In this document: piece by piece, positions 27,301-39,109 of the stretch
How the letters are laid out: each line of letters starts with the position of its first letter
How positions within the stretch are numbered: the stretch's first letter is position 1
NCBI GenBank assembly: GCA_034780895.1
Contig: JAUZTB010000017.1
Coordinates: forward strand, 27,421,877 to 27,485,876
Reading direction: 5' to 3'
DNA from: Rhynchobatus australiae
Taxonomy: Eukaryota
DNA: 64,000 nucleotides
Position numbers and translations under genes: made by a program
The notes under the pieces: generated by a model
What the model was told of the DNA's origin: nothing
The model's input: the letters and a program-made list of their open reading frames with translations, nothing else
The model's database searches: none

Positions 27301-28241
27301 AAAACTAGGTGCATGACAATGAAGAAGTGATTTCTGCAATACGCCAGAAACAAGATGGCATAATCCACATTTGTTATAGAATTAAATTTTAGGTAAACAA
27401 AGAATTGCAAATTTGGATGGTGGAAGCGAACTGCTGATTGGAAAAATTGCTTAGATCAACTTTGTGTATTCTCCATGTTTCCAGATAAGGTCACTAGGTG
27501 AGACATGAACTTCATCCCTGACAGTTGGCCACATCATCTATTGAGCTGTTGATGTTGAGAGTGACAGCTGGAATGAAGAGCATGAGTCTTTCCACCCTCG
27601 TTTAGGGTTACTGGAGAGCCCAAATACTGCCTTGCCCATGTTGAGGCTGTGCATACCCTTAGCTGGAGCTTATAGCCTCTGGCACCCACAGGCCTGCCAG
27701 GTGGGAAATGGGGAAAGAACAAGAACTTAGGGCTGTTGCAGATAAACAGGGTGGGGGATGGGATGGGGTGGATTGGGAGAGGTGGCTGTGCAGTGGGGAG
27801 TGTGGCTGTGAATTGAGAACAGACAGTAAAACACAAAATCAACATGCCAAGGCAGACAGCTTAAACAAGATGCCCAGTAGCTCCTGGATACACACTACCT
27901 GCACCATTCCTCAGTGTGCAGTGCCCCACAAGAGTAGCACTTGCAAATCTGGACAGTATTTTTGCATCTGTAAGTGATGTTATATTCATTGTAATTATAT
28001 GCATCCTTGTATTTGTAATGTGAGTCAGCAACTGTGAAAACATAGACTGCCAATATGTTGCAAAATCAACATTCTCATCATGTCTCCTTTGCAGTGTTCC
28101 CATGCTGTGTCCTGAACTCTAGTGTAGAAAACACCCTTTAATCATTGTCACCTGATCTTTTTATGAAAATGTTTTCATTGTTTTACTTTCTGCAAGTATT
28201 GCATGCATCAGAGTTAAATAAAACTTATGTTTCTTTTTCAG

Positions 28242-28305
28242 GCTTTAGGAAATCTTTACTTTCTTCATGAGTCTTTGAAAAGTACCTATCAATTTGATTT
28301 TAAAG
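28242..28305 (+). CDS. INPP5A: INPP5A internal coding exon (64 nt; equivalent to human exon 5)
   Basis: ttctttttcAG acceptor and GTAAG donor. Translates ALGNLYFLHESLKSTYQFDFK plus 1 nt, matching recalled human ALGSFYFLHESLKNIYQFDFK. Its phase-1 end joins the next exon. Confidence 0.96.
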
Positions 28306-31244
28306 GTAAGCTTTGAAGTACCTTGACATACTAATCGTTACTGGACCCAGTAGTATAATCATCATTAATATTAATACGTTTGTTGATGTTGATATTGCAT
28401 TTGGCACTGGATTGTGTGTGATGCCCTAAAGCTTCTTTTTACTGCTGGCATATTTGACACATTGCTTAACATAACAAAGTAATTGCTGCTTAATTAACAA
28501 ATTACATTCCTCAAATACCTCATACACACACACTCCCCACAACTTTTATAACAAAATTATTTGTACATTGAATTATTTTTAAATGAATCAACTAAATTGC
28601 TGGACTTGTGAATGAAAAGGCATTTCTGTCTATAACAATAAACAAAAGGATCAAAAAGCCATTTCCAGTATTTTAAAAAAGAATTGAAGTAAAATATTTT
28701 TGTGGTGTAAGGGAGTTGCCTTAATCTACAAAGCTTCAGTGGTAAAGAGTATTTTTGATCGCAACAAGCAATAGATTGCATGCTAATTTTGCCTCCTTTT
28801 GAAGTATTACATTCCCCTTTTTCACTTTGCAACATTTGTAGGCTTGTCTAGAAAATGAATTTATAAAATATCTGTCTCATTTCTTGTCAATGAAATGCCA
28901 CAAAGAGATCCTCAATTCAAATATTAAAAGATGCTGCATATTTAGTGAAATATGGATATTTATTTTGATGACCAAACAACTTAGAAATAATCTACCAATA
29001 GGTTATTCACACAGACAGAATTGACTCCTCATTCACTCCTAGAAGATTCAATACTTGACATGTGGCTGTGATCCAAACAGATTAAACTTTCCAGTTCATT
29101 ATTTGGGTGTTGAATAGAATCTATGTAGTATATTAGCTACCACCATTCACTATGGTCTATGTAAGATTGCATTTTGTTTGATCGTGAATTGATCCTATCA
29201 TAATGCTTCATAATCCTCAATCTCTCTAATAAATTGGCCCTTAACCTTTTCAACTCCAGTGGAAAAAGTCCAGGTTTCTAAAGTTCCCCTTCATAACTGT
29301 AACCCTTAATCCATGGTAACATTGTAATGAATCGTAGGGGTGTTGCAAGTTACTAAAGAAATGCACATCTCTGTTTTCTGGGAATAAACCCCAGAGTTTA
29401 CTTTTGCATTTTACTGGTAAATCCAGCAACCCTGCCACCTGTCCATACCGGCAATCTAACTTTTGTTTGCACCATTATATATTCCATTATATATTGCTAC
29501 ATTATATATATCTCTCAGGACATTAACATTTAAATCTAATTTTGATATCCCTGAACCTGTGTGGCTTAAAAGTTTCTAATAACTAAACTACGGTCCATGC
29601 ATACATATGACTATTTAATCTTTTGGCACAGAAGGATATCACTACGTGCCTCTTCCCTGTGCCTCTCCTACAATATTGTTATATTTTTACAAATACTTAA
29701 CAACTTCCCTTACAATACTGTGGAGGAAACTTCCTTCATTTGAGCAATTAATGATTAACATTGGAATGGTGGCCGTCTTAATATTTTCAAAAAGTGGATC
29801 CATCTGATTCATAATGAGCCAAAGCAAAAGAAATCAGTATATAACAAAACTGCACTTATTGGCAAATAACATCAAATTATCAATCATAAGTAAAGAGAAA
29901 AATATCATAAACCATCTGTGGCAGTAAAAATCTAAAGGTGTCCTGAAGCCCCATTCCCTGGTTCAGGGATAGATCTTTAGCAGAGACCTTATATGAAATA
30001 CAACATAATTGGAATAAATCATAATTCTTATTAGTACAAAATAATTCCTTTTCATCTGTTTATCATATAAAACATATTTGCCTCAAAATCCAATCGTGTA
30101 TTTTTTCTGCACTTTTACAAATTTAGTGTAAGATTGCTCACTGGATACAATTAGAACTTTAACAAGTGCATAATGCTTCATGCAGCTGTTGATTTCATGC
30201 TGCTATGTTCTTTAGGCCCATCATTATGAAACACATGGCGGGAATATGGCAATGTCCACTTGGCACTCCACTGTGAAATTGATTCATTCATCTGCAAATG
30301 CAAAGTATTATTGTTAATATCTTGCCAGCCAATGAAATGGAGGCAAGGCAGAGTGAAGGACTAACAGCAAAAAGACTATTGTACAAGAAATAAATTCAAT
30401 TTTCTCAGAAGACAGGTTTTCTTTAAAGAACACAGGAAGCAGTAACTTCNNNNNNNNNNNNNNNNNNNNNNNNNNNNNNNNNNNNNNNNNNNNNNNNNNN
30501 NNNNNNNNNNNNNNNNNNNNNNNNNNNNNNNNNNNNNNNNNNNNNNNNNNNNNNNNNNNNNNNNNNNNNNNNNNNNNNNNNNNNNNNNNNNNNNNNNNNN
30601 NNNNNNNNNNNNNNNNNNNNNNNNNNNNNNNNNNNNNNNNNNNNNNNNNNNNNNNNNNNNNNNNNNNNNNNNNNNNNNNNNNNNNNNNNNNNNNNNNNNN
30701 NNNNNNNNNNNNNNNNNNNNNNNNNNNNNNNNNNNNNNNNNNNNNNNNNNNNNNNNNNNNNNNNNNNNNNNNNNNNNNNNNNNNNNNNNTGGAGAAAAGT
30801 TCATTGAAGGACACAGGACTGAAGACAGCAGTTGAACACAAAGGATCAAGGATTTTAGCTGAAAAAAATGGGAGCCATAGTAATGGGCCCATTGTTCCTT
30901 CAATTATCACAGGAGCAGAAAGAAAATGGCCAAAATTGAGGTCAAAGGAGGAGGAAGAGAGGAATCTTCTAGAACCTTGCTAGGCCTCTCCCTCTGATTG
31001 TCTTAGAAACTATGCATCTGTAAGCCAAGGTTTAAGTCAATGGTTCTTTAACCTTTTACACACCTCCAGCCACACACTTACATTCAGATTGCTTTGCGCT
31101 TGGAGGTGAAGGTCAATGCCAATCTGAACTTTGTAGCCCAGAATCATTCCAGGTGGGATGAGAGATCTATGCTACATTTTGCAGTTTGCAGTTCATTTCT
31201 GCAGGAAGGAGGTCACAGAAGTTCTCCACACAGAGAAAAAGCTT

Positions 31245-31410
31245 GGTAGGCCATTGTAAATTACCTCTAGTGTAGAATCTGGGTGACGTTGATGGAATGT
31301 GGGGAGGATAAAATGGGATTAGTCTAGGATTGGTTTAGTGTTTGTTGATTGGTGCAGACTCAGTGGGTCAAAGGGCCCGTGTCCGTGCAGTATGACTCCA
31401 TGACTCTATC
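31245..31410 (+). mobile_element. HE1-type V-SINE 3' part
   Basis: ggccattgtaaattacctctagtgtag...gttgatggaatgtgggg...gactcagtgggtcaaagggcccgtgtccgtgcagtatgactccatgactct, ending in a CR1-derived tail. Confidence 0.7.
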
Positions 31411-31484
31411 TCCTTCTCCCTAACTCGAGGACATAAAGCATCACAGGCATGCAGCGTTTGTTAGATTGCAAGCTTCTCTCCATG

Positions 31485-31850
31485 TGTCTCCACTGGAGTT
31501 TAGAAGCATGAAAAGCGATGACTGGAAGAGTCTTGAAAGAGTGGATGCTTCATCATGGGAAAATCTAGAACTAGGAGCCACTGTTTAAAAATTGGGGCTG
31601 CTCATTTAAGACTGAAATAAAGTCTTTTTTTTCTCTCAGGGGGTTATGAGTCTGTGGTGGAAGCAGCATTTTTGAACATTTTTAAGGCAGATGTTGATAG
31701 ATTCCTGATAAAGTAAAGGGGTATAAGGTTAGTGGGAGATGGCAGGAATGCAGAGTTGAGTTTACAATCAGTTCAGCCATGGTCTTACTGAATGTCAGAG
31801 CAGTTTGAGGGGCTGTGTGGTCTCCTCCTCTCCTAATTTGTATGATTCTA
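31485..31850 (+). mobile_element. CR1 LINE 3' fragment
   Basis: ctggagtttagaag...tctagaactaggagccactgtttaaaa...ttctctcagggggttatgagtctgtgg...tttaaggcagatgttgatagattcc...cagccatggtcttactgaatg plus tail. Confidence 0.75.
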
Positions 31851-32529
31851 CCTCACTGAATATCCAGATAGTAAGCAGCCACTAGTAAAAAAACCCTGTT
31901 GTCAACATTCTGCACCCAGGAAGTTTCTATGGCGTGTTCATTCTGAGACCTCCTGGTTTAATAGGTTTTGCTGGACTAAATATTGTGTACATCTTTAGAC
32001 AGTAATTGCAAAGATACCAAGGTAACCACACATCCATAAGTGTTGCTCAAGCTGAAGTTAGCAAAAACTGGTTTAAAATCAACTTAACCTCTATCTGGAG
32101 ATATGGGCTGGAAGTTTCTTCATCGCTACTACAACTTTGGCCGAACGTTCACACAAGTAAAGAAACTATCCACCAACTTTTGACCAAGATTAGGGCAGAG
32201 GAGTGAGAAAACTTGAAAGATGCCAAGAGAAATGTTTTCTCAAACCATCCATGCATTTATGACCAATATTATCTTTTCAATGCTGAGAATGATGATATCA
32301 AAAGTGTTAGCTTGACATTTATTAAATACAGCATTCAGTAATGGGCAAAGCCGATTCAAACTAAAGATGAAGCGTGTTAATCACAAACATCTTCATATCA
32401 AAGGAAAGTATGTAGCAGCAGCAAACCATGACATCTTGAAGAATCTGCAAACATTGTTCTATTGAGGAGATCAGTCATATTGCTGATTGTTGGTTTCAAT
32501 TTATCCTGTTTGTGCTTTCTTTCTTTCAG

Positions 32530-32633
32530 CTAAAAAGTACAAAAAAGTAACGGGTAAAGAAATCTACTCAGAAACATTAGAAAGCACACCAATGCTGGAA
32601 AAGGAAAAGTTTCCACAACATTACTTCCCTGAG
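32530..32633 (+). CDS. INPP5A: INPP5A internal coding exon (104 nt; equivalent to human exon 6)
   Basis: Polypyrimidine tract plus cAG, GTAAGT donor. Translates (A)KKYKKVTGKEIYSETLESTPMLEKEKFPQHYFPE vs recalled human AKKYRKVAGKEIYSDTLESTPMLEKEKFPQDYFPE. Confidence 0.97.
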
Positions 32634-35600
32634 GTAAGTTGCATTGTCTTCTGCCACACAAAACATGCAGGGTCAACTCATAAAGTTGCAAAGGTTTATT
32701 GTTGTCCTTGTTTCTTTGAGAGATTGTGTTATTCAAAAAAAATTCTAAATAGGATAGCTGCAATGGGATACATGCAAATGAATTGAAGAGCAAGTTTGGG
32801 AAGCGGTGAAAAGAGAAACACTTATATTCTTCCCATTGTTGCTTTGTGAACTGTTGTAATTACATGACAGTGTTGCGATGGTTTCTGCACTTAAGTACAA
32901 TCTTAGAAATGTTTCCTTAAAAACTGGTGATGCTCAATACTGCCATAACCTGATGTCATGTGGCACAATCAACATTATTTCTCGGTTATAATATATGTAA
33001 CAAAAACATAGCTTAGGAAACCCCATGTGTAATAGTGTTTGTGTGCAGCTGACATAAAGCTAGTCTTTGCTGTCCTTTTGTGTTTATCTTTGCAACTGCT
33101 TTCCTTATTTGAAATCTGGTGTGGACATCCCTCAGAGATTTTAGCTCCTTTTCTCTTTCTTGTAAATTAAGTTTTGGCAAAGCTTCTCTGTTTTGCTTTC
33201 AGAAACTGACCCAAATTCTTTGCATATTATAACTCAAAAATTGTCCTATTGTGTAGATCATTTAATATTGTTTTCAGTGATGTAAATAAAGTCAGAGTAT
33301 TTATAACTGGTACATATATCAGATAGAAAACATCGCTTTTAATCTTAATAATAACCTGTTCCATTGTACAACTGACAGATATGCAAATAATCCTCTCAAT
33401 TGGTTTAAGACTGATTTCTTTCTCTTTATTACTGCCGCTTAAAGATGATCTAAAAGTAATTACATTGATTGAGGTATAATGCAATCCAAAATAATTACAA
33501 TCCACTGCATATAAAACTAACAAAACTTTTCATGGTGATTTATTATACCTCTTGGCTGTATATGAATCTCAAATGATGCCTTTGGGACCAGCACTTGAGA
33601 TAATGTTAGGCTATTTAAAAAGAACAGATTTGTGTAGTCTATCAGACCTGAATAATTTTTGCCAGTAGTGAGAAATTGGTTGTTATCATACATCACAGAT
33701 ACTGCTCAAAGCTCTTATGAAAGATGAATTAATTTCACTAATGCTTCAACGTGAACCTTTCATGAACAAAGCTGTACAGGGATAACCTTGTAGGGGTCCC
33801 TAGTTTTTCAATAGTGATTTATGTCATCTTTTAATAAAGGAAACAGCCTGTATATAATCCATCTGCCGTGCAAAGAAGGGACACTGGCGTGGACTACGTG
33901 GGGTTTTTTTAACTTCCATTTTTATTTAATGCTGCAGCCTGATGAAAGGTTTCAAGGAGACTAATATAAGCCCGGTTTATACTCGCTGTTGCTAAATTGA
34001 TTGGTAATCCCAGCCCTAAATTATACTGAACCCCCTCCCCAACCCCATCAGTAATTGTCATCATAAAGATGGATTACTATGAAGAAAGCTACTGAAGGAA
34101 CTGAGAAAACATTTATTTGGACATTTCTCTGCATCACCTTTAAAGGTTTTATGAGATCCAGAAGGCAGTGTTAGGATTCGTTAGATCTCACATTTGTCAG
34201 TCCGGCCATGAGCACAAAGTTTAGATTTGGAAAGATGTTTTTTTCCCTTTAAAGTTCACCCCAAAGTGTACCATTCTTCAGCTAAAACAAAGAAGAGTTT
34301 TATTCTTGAGCTTCAGCTTCCTGATCTACCACTAGGAAGCACAGGAGAAACATTACCTTTTTTTCTTCTTATTCCCTCATTTATGGGAAGCATTTACATT
34401 TTACTGTTGCTGAGGTAACACCATAAATCTGGCATGGAAGCTGCTGCTGAGGAGATGTGAACTTCCAATCCTCAGTGCATTGCTGCATTAATCCTTGGTT
34501 GAGCAGAGTGGACTTCCAGTCCAGCTGTTTTAATAATTTAACAATGTGCAGTCAGCTCCTCAGGAGAGTAGGGTGGCCTCAATTCACCAAGACAAACTGT
34601 GCTGGCTTCAATGGGAAGCTACTGGTGTTCAATTGACCCCAGTCAATTACATCCCAGATTGCACGAAGCTGCTGTTTAGTCTGGGACTTGCTGAGTGATG
34701 GATGCCAAGATATCTGTCCATCTCTTCTCTTCTCCATCACCGGATTCCACATGGAGTCCAGCAGTGAATTTCAGCCGAATAGAGGAATATGCCTCTCCAA
34801 TCCAACATCAGTCAGATGCAGCGTAGGATCAGAGACCCTACTCATTTGAATAGATTTCTGGCCTGAGGCTTGATAGAAAATGGTACTTTTTGTTTTATTT
34901 ATTTTAATATGTTCAATTATTTATTTGTTTTTAATATATTTCTAAATAATTTTATCTATATTTTAATTAATTTTAATAGATTGTTTCTACCACGATTTTA
35001 GAAAGTCTTAAATAGATCTTACTTTCAGAGAGAATTAAAAACTTTAAAAAAGCTCACAAGCTTTGACAGAAGGTAATGCTCTAGACCCTCCTTTTCCTCC
35101 TGTAAAAAGCCATTTCGAGGAGAGGGCCACAGGACTCTGTCATCTCAAGTCTAATGCTGCACACCTCCTGGAAATGAGGGGCTAGTTGCACCATTTCTCC
35201 ATATCTGGCCCAGATATGTGTGAATGGGTGATCACTACAGGTGACTGGCAGGATCCAGTTCAATTCTGCTCATTGAAAGGCATGAAGTAGGCCTTGGAGT
35301 TTGTTTATTCCAGCCTACTTTTGTTTTCTGCCTGATTTTTCACCCTCTCTGTTGGCTGATGACATTTAAGGACACCTGTGTGTAAATGAGGAAATGATAA
35401 CCTGCACCCCAATTGTCATGATTTCCACCTTATTTACAATCTTTATTTATGCTTACTTCACCTTTAATACTGTCACCCACGGAGGCTTAGTTCTATCTTG
35501 GATGGGGCAGTACATTTAAAACAATGAGCTGCTTCAGATTTTATTGTGCATTGCTGATTTTTTCTGCTATTGCCACCTGCATTATCATTAGCCTTTCTGC

Positions 35601-35695
35601 TGAGGAACTGTGACATCCCTTCATGGATGAGGCATGCCGTGTTTCATATTGGGAATTTCAATCTTTTCTTCTTGGAAGAAGAGACGGTGAGGAGA

Positions 35696-36800
35696 CTGGG
35701 ACATCCTCCACCAGGGAATCTTACTGCAGGTTATTCCTGCGTCAAGGCAAATCCCGACATGATTTTTAGTTCTAGAGTAACCACAACATCAGCATAAGTA
35801 AACCATTGCATATCTACCTCATACATCCTTAGGTGACTCATTACTGGGACTATTTTTAGTTTCATAAAGCCAGATGCTAGAAATTGACCAAGTCTTTCAA
35901 TTTTATAGCAAACATTGTTCTTCTATTTCGATTATCAATACTCTCAAGACAGGATATCTCACTTGATCTAATTGATCACTGATTGCCTTTCCCACCTCTC
36001 TCCAGTAGTCCATGGTAGTTATCACTGGCTTCCTATTATGCTGCATTACCAAGAGAGCCTTGACTACACAGAGGAATTTACACCTCAGTGTTGGAGAATA
36101 GCAATGGATATTGTGGACCTTGGATTAGAACTTGCTGGCCTGCTTGCTTGGTGCAGGCTGATTACACCTTTCTTTCCACATCAGAGTGTAGCATTGGGTT
36201 CTCAGCTTCAACTTGAGCAGATTCTTGGAAACCAAGACTAAGCAAAAAATGTGAGGGTCCAATCCAAGAGATAGCTTTAGGTGCAATGGTCGTGGTTGAA
36301 AACTCAACCAATGCAAGATAATCATTTACATTCATAATCATTAATATATATGCTGAAATTTAAAATAAAAATAAAAATGCTGAAAATACTCAACCAGTCC
36401 AGCAACATTTGTGAAGAAAAAGTCAAGGTTAGCATTTCATGCTGGTGACCTTTCAGCAGAGCTAAACAGGATTTTGGGATGTTCTAGAATATTTCAAAAC
36501 CTATGTGTTTAAGGGTTGCCACTAATGTAATATAGGAAAATAAAAGAACGATGTTTGCCATAAAATTGAAAGACTTGGTTAATTTTTAGCATCTGACTTC
36601 ATTGACATTTTTCTTTTGCTATTTCTGAAACTAAAAATGTCCCACTAATGAGTCACCTAAGGGCGTATGAGGTAGATATGCAATGGCTTACTTATACTGT
36701 GGTTGTGGTTACTCTATAAGTATGGGCTGAACACCATATCAGGATTTGCCTTGACACAGAAATAATATGCAGTGAGATTCACTGGTGGAGGATGTCCCTG
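35696..36800. repeat. Long inverted repeat (arms about 35698-35928 and 36537-36798), possible old fold-back/non-autonomous DNA transposon
   Basis: Left ataagtaaaccattgcatatctacctcatacatccttaggtgactcat vs reverse complement of right arm ataagtaagccattgcatatctacctcatacgcccttaggtgactcat. Collinear matches run along both arms with two indels. Confidence 0.9.
36350..36465 (-). repeat. Penelope-derived terminal repeat copy inside the inverted-repeat spacer
   Basis: aaaatgctgaaaatactcaaccagtccagcaacatttgtg...gttagcatttc...gacctttcagcagagct. Confidence 0.55.
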
Positions 36801-37019
36801 GCAGAGGATGTCTTATTTTGCTTTAGAGTCTGTTTCTATTGTAGTGAGGGCTAAGGGTTTGGCGCTCTAATGATGTTGAATGTAATCTGAGTGCACCATG
36901 GGAATAATATTTATTTTGTGAGGGCAGACACTTGCCTTCCTGCTGTTTTCTCATATTTTTCCTACTTTTCTCATGACATGAAAGGATACCCTTCGTCTCA
37001 TCAAGCCTGTCCACTCTCA

Positions 37020-37320
37020 GAGCCATCCCATCAATCCCATTCCCCCACATATCCTGTAACCCATTCTTTCTAACATGTCCATCAGATCCATCCTGATTCT
37101 CCTACACTTGGGGTAATTTACAGTGCACCAACCATTAAATTACCATCCAGCATATCTTCGGGATATGGGAGGAAACCGGATCATCCATTTGGAGGAAACC
37201 CAATGGAAATCTATGTAGTCACAGGGAAACTGTGGAAACTTCACACACTCAGCATTGGGGTCAGGGTTGGACATGGGTTGCTGGAACCGTGAGGCAGCAC
37301 CACCTGTTACACCACTGTCC
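37020..37320 (-). mobile_element. HE1-type V-SINE, degenerate
   Basis: ggggtaatttacagt...ccagcatatcttcgggatatgggaggaaaccgga...gtcacagggaaactgtggaaacttcacacac...ctggaaccgtgaggcagc...caccactgtcc is the reverse complement of a V-SINE body and tRNA-like head. Confidence 0.75.
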
Positions 37321-37829
37321 AACCCCAATTCATCAAATTGGTTTCACTGAAATGAAAATTGGAAGAGGGTGCAATGGGCCAGACCATCATCCAGGAGGTG
37401 AAGATGGAAATCTACTCCATAGAAAATAGTTTCAACAGAAATGAGTGCAGTGTCCATCAGCATCTACCCCAGCATCCACTTGGAAGACCAGCAACAGAAT
37501 GTTGACAGGTTCACCACCAAAACTGCAAGAAATTGATGTCTGCATCTTGGATCAAACACTTATTTATTCTGTTGAACAGATAGCACAAACAGGCTGCATT
37601 TCAACCAGAACATTCGCTTGCGCCATGTGTTACTGGATCACTTATTATGCGGAATGTTCCCATAAGATACCTTAACCTGCTCTGTTATATTGAAAGTTGA
37701 GCCACTCCAAAACTAATAGAATGAACAAAGTGTAAATTACACCCATTCCACAAGTATTTGCAAAACAAGTACCTTTTAATTACTCCATAATCCATTAAGG
37801 AATTCAAGAGGTACTTACTAGCTGAAATG

Positions 37830-38010
37830 CATCACATGAAGAAGTTGAGGTGATTAGTTTTGAAGCATTTAAGGAGAAGATGGACAAGTACAGGATGGAA
37901 AAAAGAACTGAAGGATATGTTGAAAGAATGAAATGCAGTAAGCTAGGAGGAAGTTTAAATGCTGACACGAAATGGAACTGGACCAAGTTCCCAAGTTCTG
38001 TGCTGTTAAC
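37830..38010 (+). mobile_element. CR1 LINE 3' fragment
   Basis: Translates SFEAFKEKMDKYRMEKRTEGY (cf. CR1 C-terminus FKxxLDxYM....EGY), followed by a tail-like sequence. Confidence 0.55.
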
Positions 38011-38798
38011 TGCAGATAAATGCTCAAAACACTAAAACCACTCCATTGTGGACATGCAGTCAGCACTGGAATGCCTTATGAGACAATACTGAGATGGTGA
38101 AGGTAAGAGCCAGATGTCATCAGCATGCATGTTGAAGCCGGCTGCATAACTTGTGAATTTTTATAATTAGGAGTGAAAGATACAGTGGTGTGCGCACAGG
38201 TAATTGGGAGACTCTGGGCATGGTACTGCACTGAAGGCAAGAAATGTCATTGCTATGTTAGTTGGGTTCAGCTGGATTAAATGAAATAAATTTTTAGTAA
38301 ATGAAAATCAAAAAACTGCAGATGCTAGAAATTGAAATAAAAACAGAAAATGCTCAGCAGTTCAGGCAGCATCTGTGGGAAGAGAAACAGAGTTAATGTT
38401 TCAAGTCAGATACACTTTGTCAGAAATGGATTTTTATTAGAATAGAGGTAGGATGGAAAGAAGCATTGTCCAGATAGCTGTGGAAGTCTGTAGGCATAAG
38501 CATTGGATTCTCCCACTTTATGTAATTCCCACAACCTCCCACCCCCACTCCCAGTCATGCCTCGTCTTTTCTTCCCTTTACCAGCCTATTTCTCTTCCCC
38601 CCCCCCTTTTTCCTTCTTACCTTTGACCCATCCCCCAGTGGATCTGCTCTCCCCTCCATCCCCACACCTGTCTATCACTATCTATTACCTGCATCTACCT
38701 GTCACTACCTTGTGCCCACCCCACCTTCCCCACTTGTCCACCTATCACTGCTCTGCTTTTCACTCCTATAAATATTGGGCTTCGCCTTTTCCTATCCT

Positions 38799-38836
38799 CA
38801 GTCCTGAAGAAGGGTCCTGAACCAAAACGTTGACCG
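38799..38836 (+). ncRNA. Minimal type-I hammerhead ribozyme motif, degenerate (GAAA reads AAAA)
   Basis: cagtc-CTGAAGA-agggtcctgaacc-AAAA-cgt-t-gaccg: stem I gtc/gac, CUGANGA core, stem II, ACGU palindromic stem III. Confidence 0.6.
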
Positions 38837-39070
38837 CCTGCTGTCCTCCACAGATGCTGCCTGGCCTGCTGTTCCTCCAGCATCATAGTGTTTTTCATCC
38901 AGATTCCAGCATCTGCAGTCCTTTGTTTCTCTAGTCTGTAGGATTGTAATGGATGACTTCTCTCCTAAGATGGAGGTGAAGATATCCAGAAAGGAAAGGG
39001 AAGAGTCAGAGATCAGCAATATGAAGATGAGAGCCCCATGGAAATTGGCAGCAAAAGTAATTACATTTTT

Positions 39071-39109
39071 GAGTTCTGATGGGTGGTCTCTGACATGAAA
39101 CATTAACTC
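39071..39109 (+). ncRNA. Minimal type-I hammerhead ribozyme motif, degenerate
   Basis: gagtt-CTGATGG-gtggtctctgacat-GAAA-cat-t-aactc: perfect 5-bp stem I gagtt/aactc, one core substitution, intact GAAA. Confidence 0.55.
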
